Source of the DNA: Candidatus Multivoradales bacterium | GTDB lineage: Bacteria > Acidobacteriota > Thermoanaerobaculia > Multivoradales > J023 | NCBI GenBank assembly: GCA_965248925.1 | Contig: CBDFLE010000006.1 | Span: 2,688,001-2,752,000 of the forward strand | Length of the DNA: 64,000 nucleotides | Reading direction: 5' to 3' | Shown here: piece by piece, positions 9,398-22,181 of the stretch | How positions within the stretch are numbered: the first letter of the stretch is position 1 | Layout: every line of letters starts with the position of its first letter | Program-made: the position numbers and the translations under genes | The notes under the pieces: generated by a model | Seen by the model: the letters and a program-made list of their open reading frames with translations, nothing else | Databases searched by the model: none | What the model was told of the DNA's origin: nothing

Positions 9398-10471
9398 TCA
9401 GCCTCTTTTGAGGACTTGTTGACGAGGCTGTTCAAACCAGCTCCTCAGCACTTTGTCGACCATCGAAGACACCGGATACTGATCGCCTCCTAGGGGCTCA
9501 ACCCACGCTGCTTCCGGTCCCTCCGCCACACTCTCGCCAGCTGTCAATTCTCCGCCGTGGATCCACCCAATGATCGCTCGATGGGTGATGTGATGGCGGA
9601 TCTGCGCCGTCGCCTTGCCGTCTAGCCGCCATTGGCCGCCATACCGGGTCTCCAACTCGGCCTCAAGCTGCCTAGGTTGAGCGCCCATGGCGACTGTCGG
9701 CAACTCCCACATGCCCGCCAGTAACTCGGCGTCGCTCGGCCGGCGAAAAAGCAGCACTCGCCCAGCCTTCTCAATCACCACCATGGCCAGCTCCAGCCGC
9801 TCCGTCCGCCGCCGCCGCCGCGGGCTCGGGTAGAGTTTGACTTGGTCGTTCACGCGCGCTCGACAACCTCCCGCCAAAGGACATCGGCCGCAATCTGCCT
9901 GCTGTGGCCGGCAGAGGGTGGCACCGAGCTCCATCAATGCCTGATTGCTGTCACCTGGCCGGCCGCGCAGCAGCAGTCCAGTCGCGGTTTCGACCAACTG
10001 CCGGCGCAACGTGCTCCTTTTAGGATCCCCCGCAAGAGCGAGAAATCGGCACAGGACTCGCTCCACGTTGCCATCGAGCACGGCAACATGCTCGCCAAAA
10101 GCAATACTAGCTATCGCGGCCGCGGTGTAGGGCCCAATCCCAGGCAAACGACGCAACTCCTCAGCGCTACCAGGCAACTCGGCCCGCAACGCCGCAACCT
10201 GCACCGCTGCGGCGTGGAGCTGGCGGGCACGACGGTAATAACCCAAACCCGACCACAGAGCGAGCACCTCTTCGATCTCGGCCGCCGCTAGCTCGCTAAC
10301 GGTCGGAAACCGATCCAGGAACTTCTCGTAATAGGGCAGCACTGTCGCCACCTGCGTCTGCTGCAACATGATCTCAGACACCCAGATTCGATAGGAATCG
10401 CGAGATCGCCGCCAAGGTAAATCCCGACGCCGACGGTCGTACCACTGCAAGAGTTCGGTCGCCAGGCTCAT
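9398..10471 (-). CDS. mutY: A/G-specific adenine glycosylase MutY
   Basis: WVSEIMLQQTQV, GLGYYRRAR, LPGIGPYTA, DGNV, CX6CX2CX5C Fe-S motif, NUDIX-like C-terminus. Confidence 0.96.
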   Translation of the reverse strand: MSLATELLQWYDRRRRDLPWRRSRDSYRIWVSEIMLQQTQVATVLPYYEKFLDRFPTVSELAAAEIEEVLALWSGLGYYRRARQLHAAAVQVAALRAELPGSAEELRRLPGIGPYTAAAIASIAFGEHVAVLDGNVERVLCRFLALAGDPKRSTLRRQLVETATGLLLRGRPGDSNQALMELGATLCRPQQADCGRCPLAGGCRARVNDQVKLYPSPRRRRRTERLELAMVVIEKAGRVLLFRRPSDAELLAGMWELPTVAMGAQPRQLEAELETRYGGQWRLDGKATAQIRHHITHRAIIGWIHGGELTAGESVAEGPEAAWVEPLGGDQYPVSSMVDKVLRSWFEQPRQQVLKRG

Positions 10472-11260
10472 CCCCTAGATCCCCAGAACCCGCTGTAGAT
10501 CCTAGTTGACAATTTTTTTCAACTCCGGTGACAAGTGATGTTGCTCAAATACTGCTCGATGCGGATTCCGAAGGGCGCCAACAGCCTTCTGCGAGTTCAT
10601 CGCTGTCGAGAGTAACCAACGCCGACGCCCAACCGCCTTTGACCCTAGGCGGCGAAATCGCCAACAGACTATGAGATTGTGGAACTGAATCCAAGAGTTC
10701 AGGATGGGGGAGGTTCGGTACTTGGAGAGACTTGTCGGTCTACCCCTGTAGAGAAGGGGAGTGGGAAGAGAATTGTGGACGAGATACGGAGATCTCGTAG
10801 GTCAGGATTGTCTTTGAGACTAGAGGCGTGGACCTCGAACCCCCCCCGGGTTATCCTGTTGTATGACAGTGTCCGCAATCATCGTGCCAACTCATCAGGA
10901 TCGGCCTTTCACTATTCACTTATCGTCAAGCCGCGACGCGAAGGCGCCCAGAAGCCCAATTTTGCTCTGGATCTTCCTGCAGCGACGCGGTATCTTGATT
11001 CTTCCCGTTAGGGAATCCGTCTGTCTCAGAGTGTCGCCCCCTTCTCTTGGAGCGGGCGGTCGAGCTACCAGAAGCCGACCCCCGAACAGCCTTGGTGCCA
11101 GACCTCCAGGCACACCCTCCAATCAGCTCCGGAGTGCTGTGGGGACACCGAAGGACAGCTTTAAATTGCCTCGTTTGGGGCGTCAGCCTGTGTTAGGCTA
11201 ACCGCCTATATTGCCGGCACAATTACAGTAGTGCATCGACTTCCAGATGCATTTGGAAGC

Positions 11261-11298
11261 TGTGGAATTTCCACATCTTGTGGAAAAACTGTGGATAT
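11261..11298. promoter_or_regulatory. Cluster of DnaA-box-like 9-mers upstream of dnaA
   Basis: TGTGGAATT 11261, ATTTCCACA 11267, TGTGGAAAA 11279, TGTGGATAT 11290 versus consensus TGTGGATAA. Confidence 0.75.
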
Positions 11299-11354
11299 TC
11301 GGACCGCCGCCTGTTGACCGCGCGGTCCATAGGTCAAAAAGCGGCGCTGGGTAG

Positions 11355-12644
11355 ATGAAACAGACGCGTTGGAATCAAGTTAAAAGCCATCTAGAAGAGC
11401 AGCTCGACCCTGAAGAGTTCTCCACCTGGTTCGGTCCCCTCCGGGTGCGCTCTGATCGCGATAGCCGGCTCGTGCTGCAAGCTCCGAATCAGCATTTCGT
11501 CCGTACTCTTGAGCAGAGCTACCGACCGGCGATCGACCGCGCCGTCGCCGGCCTCGACAAGGCCGGCTTCGAAGTTCTCTTCACCGTTGACGAAAACGAA
11601 GAATCCCCGACCCCTCGACCCGTACCTTCGACCCAATTCGACCCTCGCTACCGGTTCGAGAATTTCATCGTCGGCAATTCGAATGAATTCGCTCATGCGG
11701 CCGCCCGCGGCGTCGTCGAGAGCGTCTCCCACAGCTACAACCCTCTGTTCCTCTATGGCGGAGTCGGACTCGGCAAGACCCACTTGATGCACGCCATTGG
11801 CCACGAGATCTTGGGCCGAGATCCAGCCAAGCAGGTGATGTACCTGCCGGCCGAGCAATTCGTCAACGAGTTGATCAACTCGATCCGTTTCGATCGCATG
11901 CCGGCCTTCCGCGACCGCTACCGCACCATCGACGTGCTACTCATCGACGACATCCAGTTCATCGCCAACAAGGAACGCACCCAAGAAGAGTTCTTCCACA
12001 CCTTCAACACCCTTTACACCAGCCAGAAGCAAATCATCTTGTCCTCGGATTGCTCGCCGCGCAATATCCCGGCTCTTGAAGAGCGCCTGCGCAGTCGCTT
12101 CGAGTGGGGCTTGATCGCCGACATCCAACCTCCCGAGTTGGAAACCAAGATCGCCATCTTGCGGCGCAAGGCCGAGGTTGCCGATATCGACCTTGAAGAC
12201 GATGTAGCTCTGTTCATCGCCCAGCACGTCAAATCCAATATCCGTGAACTCGAAGGCTTGCTCAACAGAGTCCGTGCGTTCGCCTCACTCACCGGCCAGC
12301 GCATCTCTCTCGACCTGACCAAGGACACCCTGCGCGACATCTTGCCCGCCAATGGTCAGCGGGTCACCAGCGGTGAGATCATCAAATTCGTCGCCCGCCA
12401 CTACGGTCTCAAAGTGAGCGAGATCAAGAGTCGCAACAACTCCAAGCACATCTCATTCCCCCGCCAAGTGGCCATGTACCTGTGCAAGAAGCTCACCCGC
12501 CTTTCCTTCCCGGATATCGGCAAGCAGTTCAACAACAAACACCACTCGACTGTGATGTACTCAGTAGAGAAGATCGACCAGCTACGCGAAAAAGACCCGG
12601 ATCTGGACCGCACCGTTGTCGGCCTGCTCGAACACTTCACCTGA
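11355..12644 (+). CDS. dnaA: Chromosomal replication initiator DnaA
   Basis: YNPLFLYGGVGLGKTHL, LLIDDIQF, QEEFFHTFN, RLRSRFEWGL, domain IV PRQVAMYL. Confidence 0.99.
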   Translation: MKQTRWNQVKSHLEEQLDPEEFSTWFGPLRVRSDRDSRLVLQAPNQHFVRTLEQSYRPAIDRAVAGLDKAGFEVLFTVDENEESPTPRPVPSTQFDPRYRFENFIVGNSNEFAHAAARGVVESVSHSYNPLFLYGGVGLGKTHLMHAIGHEILGRDPAKQVMYLPAEQFVNELINSIRFDRMPAFRDRYRTIDVLLIDDIQFIANKERTQEEFFHTFNTLYTSQKQIILSSDCSPRNIPALEERLRSRFEWGLIADIQPPELETKIAILRRKAEVADIDLEDDVALFIAQHVKSNIRELEGLLNRVRAFASLTGQRISLDLTKDTLRDILPANGQRVTSGEIIKFVARHYGLKVSEIKSRNNSKHISFPRQVAMYLCKKLTRLSFPDIGKQFNNKHHSTVMYSVEKIDQLREKDPDLDRTVVGLLEHFT

Positions 12645-12706
12645 TCCGCTCTTCACCTGACGCTGATCATCGGCTCCTCCACCAGTACCAGCCTCATAGT
12701 GATTCG

Positions 12707-12747
12707 GAAGTAGCTATCCGGCCAAGAAGTAGCTATCCGGCCAAGAA
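12707..12747. repeat. Perfect 19-bp tandem repeat in the dnaA-dnaN spacer
   Basis: GAAGTAGCTATCCGGCCAA x2 + GAA. Confidence 0.9.
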
Positions 12748-12779
12748 AACGGCCGGTGGAAAAGCTCTGCAAAAACCTG

Positions 12780-13020
12780 CGGCATGGTTGTGCACACACT
12801 GTGGAAATCTCCCACTTCGACTATTTTCCACAGTCTATCCACAGCCGCTCCGCAGCCCAGGCTGGAAGGGGCAGCGGAAAAACCGCGGATTATCGCTCAA
12901 CGCAGTATCTGTTGGGCGTTCGGGCCAACCTTCCTCTGTTTCTCCACAGCTCCGGGGCGACTTCTCCACAGCCTCTTGCACAATCCACAGGACCGTCTAT
13001 TACTGTATTCCTGTGTGATA
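12780..13020. other. oriC: Replication origin oriC (DnaA boxes plus putative DnaA-trio/unwinding element)
   Basis: TGTGGAAAT 12800, TTTTCCACA 12824, CTATCCACA 12835, TTCTCCACA 12940 and 12962, CAATCCACA 12981 followed by GGACCGTC-TATTACTGTATT. Confidence 0.82.
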
Positions 13021-13054
13021 ACTTCCCCCTACCTAAGGAGGAGGAAGACAGGTC

Positions 13055-14152
13055 ATGGAAATTCGACTGAATCGAGCCGAGTTCTTGAGCGAGCTCGTGC
13101 CGATGCTGGGGATCGTCGAGCGCCGCACGACCATCCCGGTTTTGTCCCATCTCTTACTTCGCGCTGGCGAAGATAGACTCGCAATTGCGGCCACCGATCT
13201 GGAGGTCTCATTGACTTCCTGGTGCACTGGTGAGCTGGTCCAGGAGGGCACCATTGCCGTTCAGGCCAAGAAGCTGGCGGAGATCATCCGTGCATCCGCT
13301 GGTGACGAGGTCACGCTGACCATCGCTGATCCCGGCACCTTGTCGATCCTAGTCGGCAAATCGCGTTTCAAGATTCGCGGCCTGCCGGCGGAGGACTTCC
13401 CCACTCTGCCGAGAATAGAGGTAGAAAAGACGGTAGAACTGCCTTTTGGCACCTTCCGGCAGATGATCGCCAAAGTGTTCTTCGCCATCTCCAACGAGGA
13501 GTCGCGCTACCAACTGTCAGGCGCCCTGATGCAGCAGGGGGAGGAGCTGCTCAGCCTGGTGGCGACCGATGGACACCGTTTAGCGTTGGTCGACTGCGCG
13601 GTGGCCGGGTTGGCTGCCGCCGAGGGCGTGCTAGTACCGCGCAAGGCCCTGCAAGAGTTGCAGCGTTTTGACAGCGAAAAGGATATGTCCTTCCGCCGCG
13701 GCGAGCACCATCTGTCGTTCACCGTGGGCCGGCGACAGCTGATATGCCGGATTCTCGAAGGCACTTTCCCCGACTACGAACGGGTGATAGCCAAGGACAA
13801 CGACAAACATGTAGTCACTGACCGCAAGCATCTCTCGGAGGTTGTCCACCGGGTCAGCCTGTTGACCGGCGACCGAACTCGCGCCATTCGCCTCGAGGTG
13901 CATCCCGGTCAGCTGGTGCTGTCGGCGGCCAACCCGGATCTCGGTGAAGCAACCGAGAGCGTGCCTTGCGCCTACGAAGGCGAGGAAATTTCGCTGGGGG
14001 TCAACCCTGACTACCTGCGCGAGTTCCTCGCCGCCACAGCCACCGATCAGGTGCGTCTCGAACTCAAGAATGAGGATTCGCAGTGCGTCACCTATCCGGT
14101 GGATGGCCCTGATCGGCGCTATGTCTGTGTGATCATGCCAATCCGCCTCTAG
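13055..14152 (+). CDS. dnaN: DNA polymerase III beta clamp
   Basis: TTIPVLS, ATDLEV, VATDGHRL, GTFPDYERVI, VIMPIRL. Confidence 0.98.
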   Translation: MEIRLNRAEFLSELVPMLGIVERRTTIPVLSHLLLRAGEDRLAIAATDLEVSLTSWCTGELVQEGTIAVQAKKLAEIIRASAGDEVTLTIADPGTLSILVGKSRFKIRGLPAEDFPTLPRIEVEKTVELPFGTFRQMIAKVFFAISNEESRYQLSGALMQQGEELLSLVATDGHRLALVDCAVAGLAAAEGVLVPRKALQELQRFDSEKDMSFRRGEHHLSFTVGRRQLICRILEGTFPDYERVIAKDNDKHVVTDRKHLSEVVHRVSLLTGDRTRAIRLEVHPGQLVLSAANPDLGEATESVPCAYEGEEISLGVNPDYLREFLAATATDQVRLELKNEDSQCVTYPVDGPDRRYVCVIMPIRL

Positions 14153-14166
14153 AGAACCCTGCTGGG

Positions 14167-15216
14167 TTGTTGGTTCATTTCGAAGCGCGCGGATTTCGCA
14201 ACTTGGCGCCCTTTGACCGCGCCTTCGAGAGAGGTTCTCATCTAATCCTGGGAGATACTGGCGCCGGCAAGACCAGCCTGCTCGAAGCTATCTACCTGCT
14301 GGCTACCACCCGCAGCTTTCGCACTTCTCAAATCGCCGACTGCCGCCGCCATGGAGAGTCGACCTTCGAACTCGCTGGCGAGGTTGAGAACGACGCTCGC
14401 CAGCGGCTCGAAGTTAGCTGGTCGAAGAGTGGGCGACGACGAAAGTTCAATGGTTCCCGGAGTTCATTAGCCAAACACCTCGCCGTTTTGCCGGTGATCT
14501 GTTGGACTTCTAACGATTGTCAGATCCTCACCGGGCCGCCCGAGGCGCGGCGGCGTTTCCTCGATCGGGGTTTGGTTGGTCTGCGGCCCGCAGCGGTGTC
14601 GGTCTTCGCTCGTTACCGCCAGGCCCTGGCGGCGAAGCGGCAACTGCTGCTGACTGGCGGTGGTGAACTACGAGTTTGGAACAAGGTGCTAGCGGTAGCC
14701 GCTGCTGAACTGATTGCCCTCCGTGGAGCCTACGTCGAGCGCCTGTCACAAGCTTTGGCAGAGGTGCTCGGGGAAAACAACTTGGGCCTGCCCGAAATAT
14801 CCCTCACTTACCGTCCCTCACCAGCCGCCCAAACTGCCGAGGGTCTCGAGAGCTTGTTCGAAGCGGTTGCCGAGCGCGAATTGCAGGCCGTGCGACCGTT
14901 GCTGGGGCCGCACCGTGACGACCTCCGAATCCGCTGGCAAGGGCATGAAATCCGCCGTGTGGCCTCAGCCGGTGAGCGCAAGCTCCTCGGCCTCTCATTG
15001 TTGGCTGCCCAAGGAAGAGTCTTGGCAGCCTCCAAAAAGCGCCCCATCTATCTGCTAGACGATGTTGATACCGAACTCGACGGTCGACGCTTGGCTTCCA
15101 TCTGGGCTGTATTTTCATCCGCGGAACAGCTCTTCGCGACCTCCAACCGGGCTCGGATATGGCGCGATGTGGAGCCCCTTCAGCGTCTGGAGTGCAGTGC
15201 CGGAGAGTTTGCCTGA
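14167..15216 (+). CDS. recF: DNA replication/repair protein RecF
   Basis: FRNL, GDTGAGKTSLLEAIY, RRRFLD, GPHRDDL, LLDDVDTELD; between dnaN and gyrB. Confidence 0.92.
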   Translation: MLVHFEARGFRNLAPFDRAFERGSHLILGDTGAGKTSLLEAIYLLATTRSFRTSQIADCRRHGESTFELAGEVENDARQRLEVSWSKSGRRRKFNGSRSSLAKHLAVLPVICWTSNDCQILTGPPEARRRFLDRGLVGLRPAAVSVFARYRQALAAKRQLLLTGGGELRVWNKVLAVAAAELIALRGAYVERLSQALAEVLGENNLGLPEISLTYRPSPAAQTAEGLESLFEAVAERELQAVRPLLGPHRDDLRIRWQGHEIRRVASAGERKLLGLSLLAAQGRVLAASKKRPIYLLDDVDTELDGRRLASIWAVFSSAEQLFATSNRARIWRDVEPLQRLECSAGEFA

Positions 15217-15510
15217 AGAGCTCCTCAATGGGCCGGGTAGTTGGCGCCTAACTACTTGTTCTTCTCGTAGTTTAGGAAAGTGCAAACAGGTGCTTCGTAT
15301 GGTAGACTAATAGGGTTCGGAAAGCGTGTCTCATGTGCTGGGTGAAAACCCCGGAATCTGCCTGAAACAGTCTGATAAGCAATCCCTGGAAAGCGACTTT
15401 CTAGAGCGAGTTTGGTGCGCTTCTGTCTAGCGTTCGCGGGCAAGCGCAGGGTTGTCGATGGTTCGGCGAAGGCTACTTCAAAGTCTAGATTCTCAGCTTG
15501 GATTCGGTGA

Positions 15511-17997
<2,487 letters not shown>

Positions 17998-18104
17998 CCA
18001 CTGGGTAGGGAGATCACCTAGCGAGGATGATCCCGACGAACGACAACAACTAGCTATCTCGGGCAGCCCACCGCGGCCTGCTCGGATCGAGGTCGGCTAG
18101 ATCG

Positions 18105-20702
18105 ATGAGCGAAGACAGCAAGCCTATAGACGATATCCAGCCGATCGATATCGAAGAGGAACTCAGACGGAGTTACCTCGATTACGCCATGAGCGTGATC
18201 ATCGGCCGGGCCCTCCCCGACGTTCGCGACGGCCTCAAGCCAGTGCACCGGCGGGTGCTCTACGGCATGTGGGAGAGCGGCAACCGGGCCGGCCGGGCGT
18301 ATAAGAAGTCCGCCCGCATCGTTGGTGACGTGATGGGTAAGTACCACCCGCACGGCGACGGTCCGATCTACGACACCGTGGTTCGCCTGGCGCAGGACTT
18401 CTCGATGCGCTATCCGCTGGTCGACGGCCAAGGTAACTTTGGTTCCCTCGATGGCGACAGCCCGGCGGCGATGCGCTACACCGAAGTCCGCCTGACTCGT
18501 CTAGCCGAGGAGATGCTGCGCGAGGACATCGACAAAGAGACCGTAGATTGGCTGCCAAACTACGACAATTCAGAGACCGAACCCACCGTCCTGCCGGCCC
18601 GCCTGCCCAATCTGCTGATCAATGGCTCGACCGGTATCGCAGTCGGTATGGCGACCAACATTCCGCCGCACAACCTGAGCGAGGTCATCGCTGCGGTGGT
18701 GCTGTTGATCGACCAACCGGACGCTACCCTGGCCCATCTGCTCGAGGTGATGCCGGGTCCGGACTTCCCCACCGCTGGCTTTCTGCACGGCACCGACGGG
18801 TTGCAAAGCGCCTACGCCACCGGCCGCGGCTCAATCCAGATGCGGGCGCGGGCCAGGATCGAAAATCTGCCCCATGACCGCTATGTAATCATCGTCACCG
18901 AGATCCCCTTCCAGGTCAACAAAGCTCGCCTGGTGGAGCGCATCGCCGACTTGGTGCGCGACAAGAAGATCGAAGGCATCAGCGATCTCCGCGACGAGTC
19001 GGACCGCAACGGCATCCGCATCGTCATCGAACTCAAGCGGGGTGAGGTTGCCGAGGTGATCTTGAACACCCTCTACAAGATGACCCAGCTGCAGACCTCT
19101 TTCGGCATCAACATGGTGGCGATCGTCGACAATCGTCCGCAGGTGCTGGGTCTGCGCGAGATATTGGGTCACTTCCTCGACCACCGCAAGACGGTGATTA
19201 TTCGCCGAGTGCGTTTCGATCTGCGAAAGGCCGAGCATCGGGCGCATATCTTGGAAGGACTGCTCAAAGCCCTTGATCATATCGACGAGATCATCGCCAC
19301 CATCCGCGCCTCGGCAACTCCTGAGGAAGCCCGTGGCAACTTGATGAGCCAGTTTGCCTTCACCGAGATCCAGGCACAGGCGATTCTCGACATGCGTCTG
19401 CAGCGCCTCACCGGCTTGGAGCGCGACAAGCTGGTCGAGGAGTATCGCCAGCTGATGGAGTTGATCGAACGCTTGCGCTCCATCTTGGCTTCCGACGAGC
19501 TGTTGTTGGCCGAGATCCGTGGTGAGTTGTTGGATATCCGCGACACCTATGGCGATGCGCGTCGCACTGAGATCATCCACGCCACCCACGACATCACCAT
19601 CGAGGACATGATTGCTGACGAGGACATGGTAATCACTGTTACCAAGGCGGGCTACATCAAGCGCTCGCCGCTAGCGATCTACCGTGAGCAAGGGCGTGGT
19701 GGCAAGGGCCGCAAAGGGATGGTGATCAAAGAGGGCGATTTTGTCGAGCACCTCTACATCGCTTCAGCCCACAGCTACATTCTGGTCTTCACCATGAGCG
19801 GCCGAGTGCATTGGCTGAAGGTGCATCGGATTCCGGAACTCGGGCCGGCAGCGCGGGGCAAAGCGATCGTCAATCTGCTCCAACTCGAAGCCTCCGAAAA
19901 GGTCGCAACCACCGTCGCGGTGCGCGACTTCGCCGCTGGCTACTTAATCTTCGCCACCCAAAGCGGCACGGTGAAGAAAACCGAGCTGGCAGCCTTTGGC
20001 CACCCCCGGGTCGGCGGCATCATCGCCATTCGCATCGACGACGACGACCGCCTACTCGATGTGCGGGTCACCGACGACGACAGCGATATCTTCCTGGCCA
20101 CCGCGGGAGGCTATGCGATCCGTTTTCCCTCGACTGACGCCCGGCCTCTGGGTCGAGCCACCCGCGGCGTGCGCGGCGTCCGCCTGCGCTCCGGCGATCG
20201 GGTGGTCGGCATGGAGACCCTGGTGCCGGAGGGCGATCTGCTCACCGTCAGCGTTCTGGGCTACGGCAAACGCACTAGTCTCGACGAATATCGCGTACAA
20301 AGCCGTGGCGGTAAAGGCATCATCAACCTCAAAGTGTCGGAGAAGACCGGTGAGGTGGTCGGCGTCAAGCAGGTGCGGCCTGAAGACGGTCTGGTCTTGA
20401 TCACTCAAGGTGGCAAACTGATCCGCACCGACGTTGCCGGAGTCAGCCAGATAGGCCGCTCCACCCAGGGGGTCAAGGTAATGAACCTGGGGCCTGGCGA
20501 CACCGTGGTGGCAGTGGCCAAAGTAGTCGAGAGCGATGACGAGGAAGAGGGTAAGCAGAATCCGGACGGTGAGACTGATGGCACCGATGCGGACCAGCCT
20601 ACTGAAGAGCAATCCACCCCGGACGGCACCGACAGGGATGCAGGTGATGGCGAATCCAGCGACGCAGAAAAAGACGACACCGATCCAGATCTAGTGAATT
20701 GA
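18105..20702 (+). CDS. gyrA: DNA gyrase subunit A
   Basis: [26 protein letters not shown], GyrA-box QGRGGKG, acidic C-terminal tail. Confidence 0.99.
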   Translation: MSEDSKPIDDIQPIDIEEELRRSYLDYAMSVIIGRALPDVRDGLKPVHRRVLYGMWESGNRAGRAYKKSARIVGDVMGKYHPHGDGPIYDTVVRLAQDFSMRYPLVDGQGNFGSLDGDSPAAMRYTEVRLTRLAEEMLREDIDKETVDWLPNYDNSETEPTVLPARLPNLLINGSTGIAVGMATNIPPHNLSEVIAAVVLLIDQPDATLAHLLEVMPGPDFPTAGFLHGTDGLQSAYATGRGSIQMRARARIENLPHDRYVIIVTEIPFQVNKARLVERIADLVRDKKIEGISDLRDESDRNGIRIVIELKRGEVAEVILNTLYKMTQLQTSFGINMVAIVDNRPQVLGLREILGHFLDHRKTVIIRRVRFDLRKAEHRAHILEGLLKALDHIDEIIATIRASATPEEARGNLMSQFAFTEIQAQAILDMRLQRLTGLERDKLVEEYRQLMELIERLRSILASDELLLAEIRGELLDIRDTYGDARRTEIIHATHDITIEDMIADEDMVITVTKAGYIKRSPLAIYREQGRGGKGRKGMVIKEGDFVEHLYIASAHSYILVFTMSGRVHWLKVHRIPELGPAARGKAIVNLLQLEASEKVATTVAVRDFAAGYLIFATQSGTVKKTELAAFGHPRVGGIIAIRIDDDDRLLDVRVTDDDSDIFLATAGGYAIRFPSTDARPLGRATRGVRGVRLRSGDRVVGMETLVPEGDLLTVSVLGYGKRTSLDEYRVQSRGGKGIINLKVSEKTGEVVGVKQVRPEDGLVLITQGGKLIRTDVAGVSQIGRSTQGVKVMNLGPGDTVVAVAKVVESDDEEEGKQNPDGETDGTDADQPTEEQSTPDGTDRDAGDGESSDAEKDDTDPDLVN

Positions 20703-20760
20703 CCGGGTCCTGTGGTCTGAACCCATCAATTTTGAACCGAGATCCTCAGCGGGAGGCACA

Positions 20761-21417
20761 ATGCTTTTCTTTCTCGATACCGCAGATCTACAACAAATCG
20801 AAACCGGCCTGGCCTGGGGCATGGTCGATGGCATCACCACCAATCCGAGCTTGATCGCCAAGATGGGCAAGCCCTACTTGCCAACGGTGCAGGCTATCGC
20901 CCAGCTAGTGCCGGGTCCGGTCAGCGGCGAAGTGCTGGCTACGGATCACGATGGCATGGTGGCCGAAGGCCGAAAATTAGCGGCGTTGGCCGGCAACGTG
21001 GTGGTCAAGGTGCCGCTTGGGGTCGATGGCCTGCGCGCCGTGCGCTCCCTGGCCGCCGACGGCATCAAGACCAACGTCACCCTCTGCTTTTCTTCCGCCC
21101 AAGCGTTGTTGGCCGCCAAAGCGGGGGCGACATACATCTCGCCCTTTGTTGGCCGGCTTGATGATGTTGGCCAGGATGGGATGGCGTTGATCGAAGAGAT
21201 CGTCACCATCTACGAGAACTACGATTACGAGACCCAGGTGTTGGTGGCTTCTGTGCGCCATCCAATGCATGTTGTGCAAGCGGCGCAGATCGGCGCCGAG
21301 GTAGCGACCATCCCATTCAGCATTCTCACCAAGCTCTACCGACACCCGCTCACCGACCGCGGTCTCGAGGGTTTTCTCGCCGACTGGAAGAAGACCGGCA
21401 AGAGCTTCGACGATTGA
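20761..21417 (+). CDS. fsa: Transaldolase / fructose-6-phosphate aldolase family (short TalC/FSA type)
   Basis: [42 protein letters not shown]. Confidence 0.9.
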   Translation: MLFFLDTADLQQIETGLAWGMVDGITTNPSLIAKMGKPYLPTVQAIAQLVPGPVSGEVLATDHDGMVAEGRKLAALAGNVVVKVPLGVDGLRAVRSLAADGIKTNVTLCFSSAQALLAAKAGATYISPFVGRLDDVGQDGMALIEEIVTIYENYDYETQVLVASVRHPMHVVQAAQIGAEVATIPFSILTKLYRHPLTDRGLEGFLADWKKTGKSFDD

Positions 21418-21986
21418 ACTCTGAGCGTTCCGACGAGCCGGCCCAGCCAGGTTTCTATCGTCTAGCTTGGGGCTTTTACCTGTTGCTCGCCCTGGGCGGA
21501 GTGGTTTGGCTGGGCACCACTCAAGGGAGTATTCAGGCGCCGGTTTTTATCGACTCCGACCACTGGTGGCAAGATCTGCTGCTTGGCCTAGCTGCCGCCT
21601 CGGTCTTGCTGCTCAGCTGGCGGGTGGCGCAGTTGTTCCTCACTCCGGTCCAAGAACTCGAGCGACAACTCGGCAAAATGCTGAGCGGAATTGCTCCTAA
21701 CGACGTCTTACCCCTAGCCCTACTCTCTGGCTTTGCCGAGGAGTTCTTCTTTCGTGGCGCCATGCAGATGGCCTGGGGATGGCCTTGGACAACGGCCATT
21801 TTCGCCCTGCTGCATACCGGCAGGCAGCGCATCTTTCTACTGTGGACTGCTTTTGCCGCCCTTGCCGGCCTACTTTTTGCCTTGCTGACGGAGTGGCGCG
21901 GCAATCTGCTTCCAGCGATACTCGCCCATGTGCTGGTCAATGCCATCAACTTGCGTCGAGTGCTGCGCCAGGCATCCCTCGACTGA
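21414..21986 (+). CDS. CPBP (Abi/CAAX) intramembrane metalloprotease
   Basis: [19 protein letters not shown] motifs with TM helices. Confidence 0.88.
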   Translation: MNSERSDEPAQPGFYRLAWGFYLLLALGGVVWLGTTQGSIQAPVFIDSDHWWQDLLLGLAAASVLLLSWRVAQLFLTPVQELERQLGKMLSGIAPNDVLPLALLSGFAEEFFFRGAMQMAWGWPWTTAIFALLHTGRQRIFLLWTAFAALAGLLFALLTEWRGNLLPAILAHVLVNAINLRRVLRQASLD

Positions 21987-22040
21987 GCCAAGCGCTCGGA
22001 GTCTGCGGGTCTTGCCCCCAACCGCAGGCATGGTTAGACT

Positions 22041-22148
22041 GCCAAATCGCTGTGGCTGTTCAAGTTGCTATGACTTTTCAAGCCACCAGGATTTTCCAGG
22101 TCGTTGTTGTTTTCCAAGTCACGGTTGTTTTCCAAGTCTCTGTTGTTT
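22041..22148. repeat. Degenerate 18-bp tandem repeat, about 6 units
   Basis: gccaaatcgctgtggctg/ttcaagttgctatgactt/ttcaagccaccaggattt/tccaggtcgttgttgttt/tccaagtcacggttgttt/tccaagtctctgttgttt. Confidence 0.75.
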
Positions 22149-22181
22149 CTAGACTTGTTCAAATCTAAGGAGTGTTGCTTG

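Noticed and set aside
11005-11110. Cobalamin riboswitch resemblance (AGGGAATCC, GCCAGACCT)
   Set aside because: Other core elements (GGTG..AA.TCC, GCCCCCGC.ACTGT) are absent and dnaA is an implausible target
10679-11201. Short ORFs in the mutY-dnaA gap
   Set aside because: No motifs, atypical composition and mutually overlapping; better explained as regulatory DNA or RNA
22041-22148. Repeat arrays here and at 48155 as CRISPR
   Set aside because: Units are contiguous with no unique spacers, and there are no cas genes in the window
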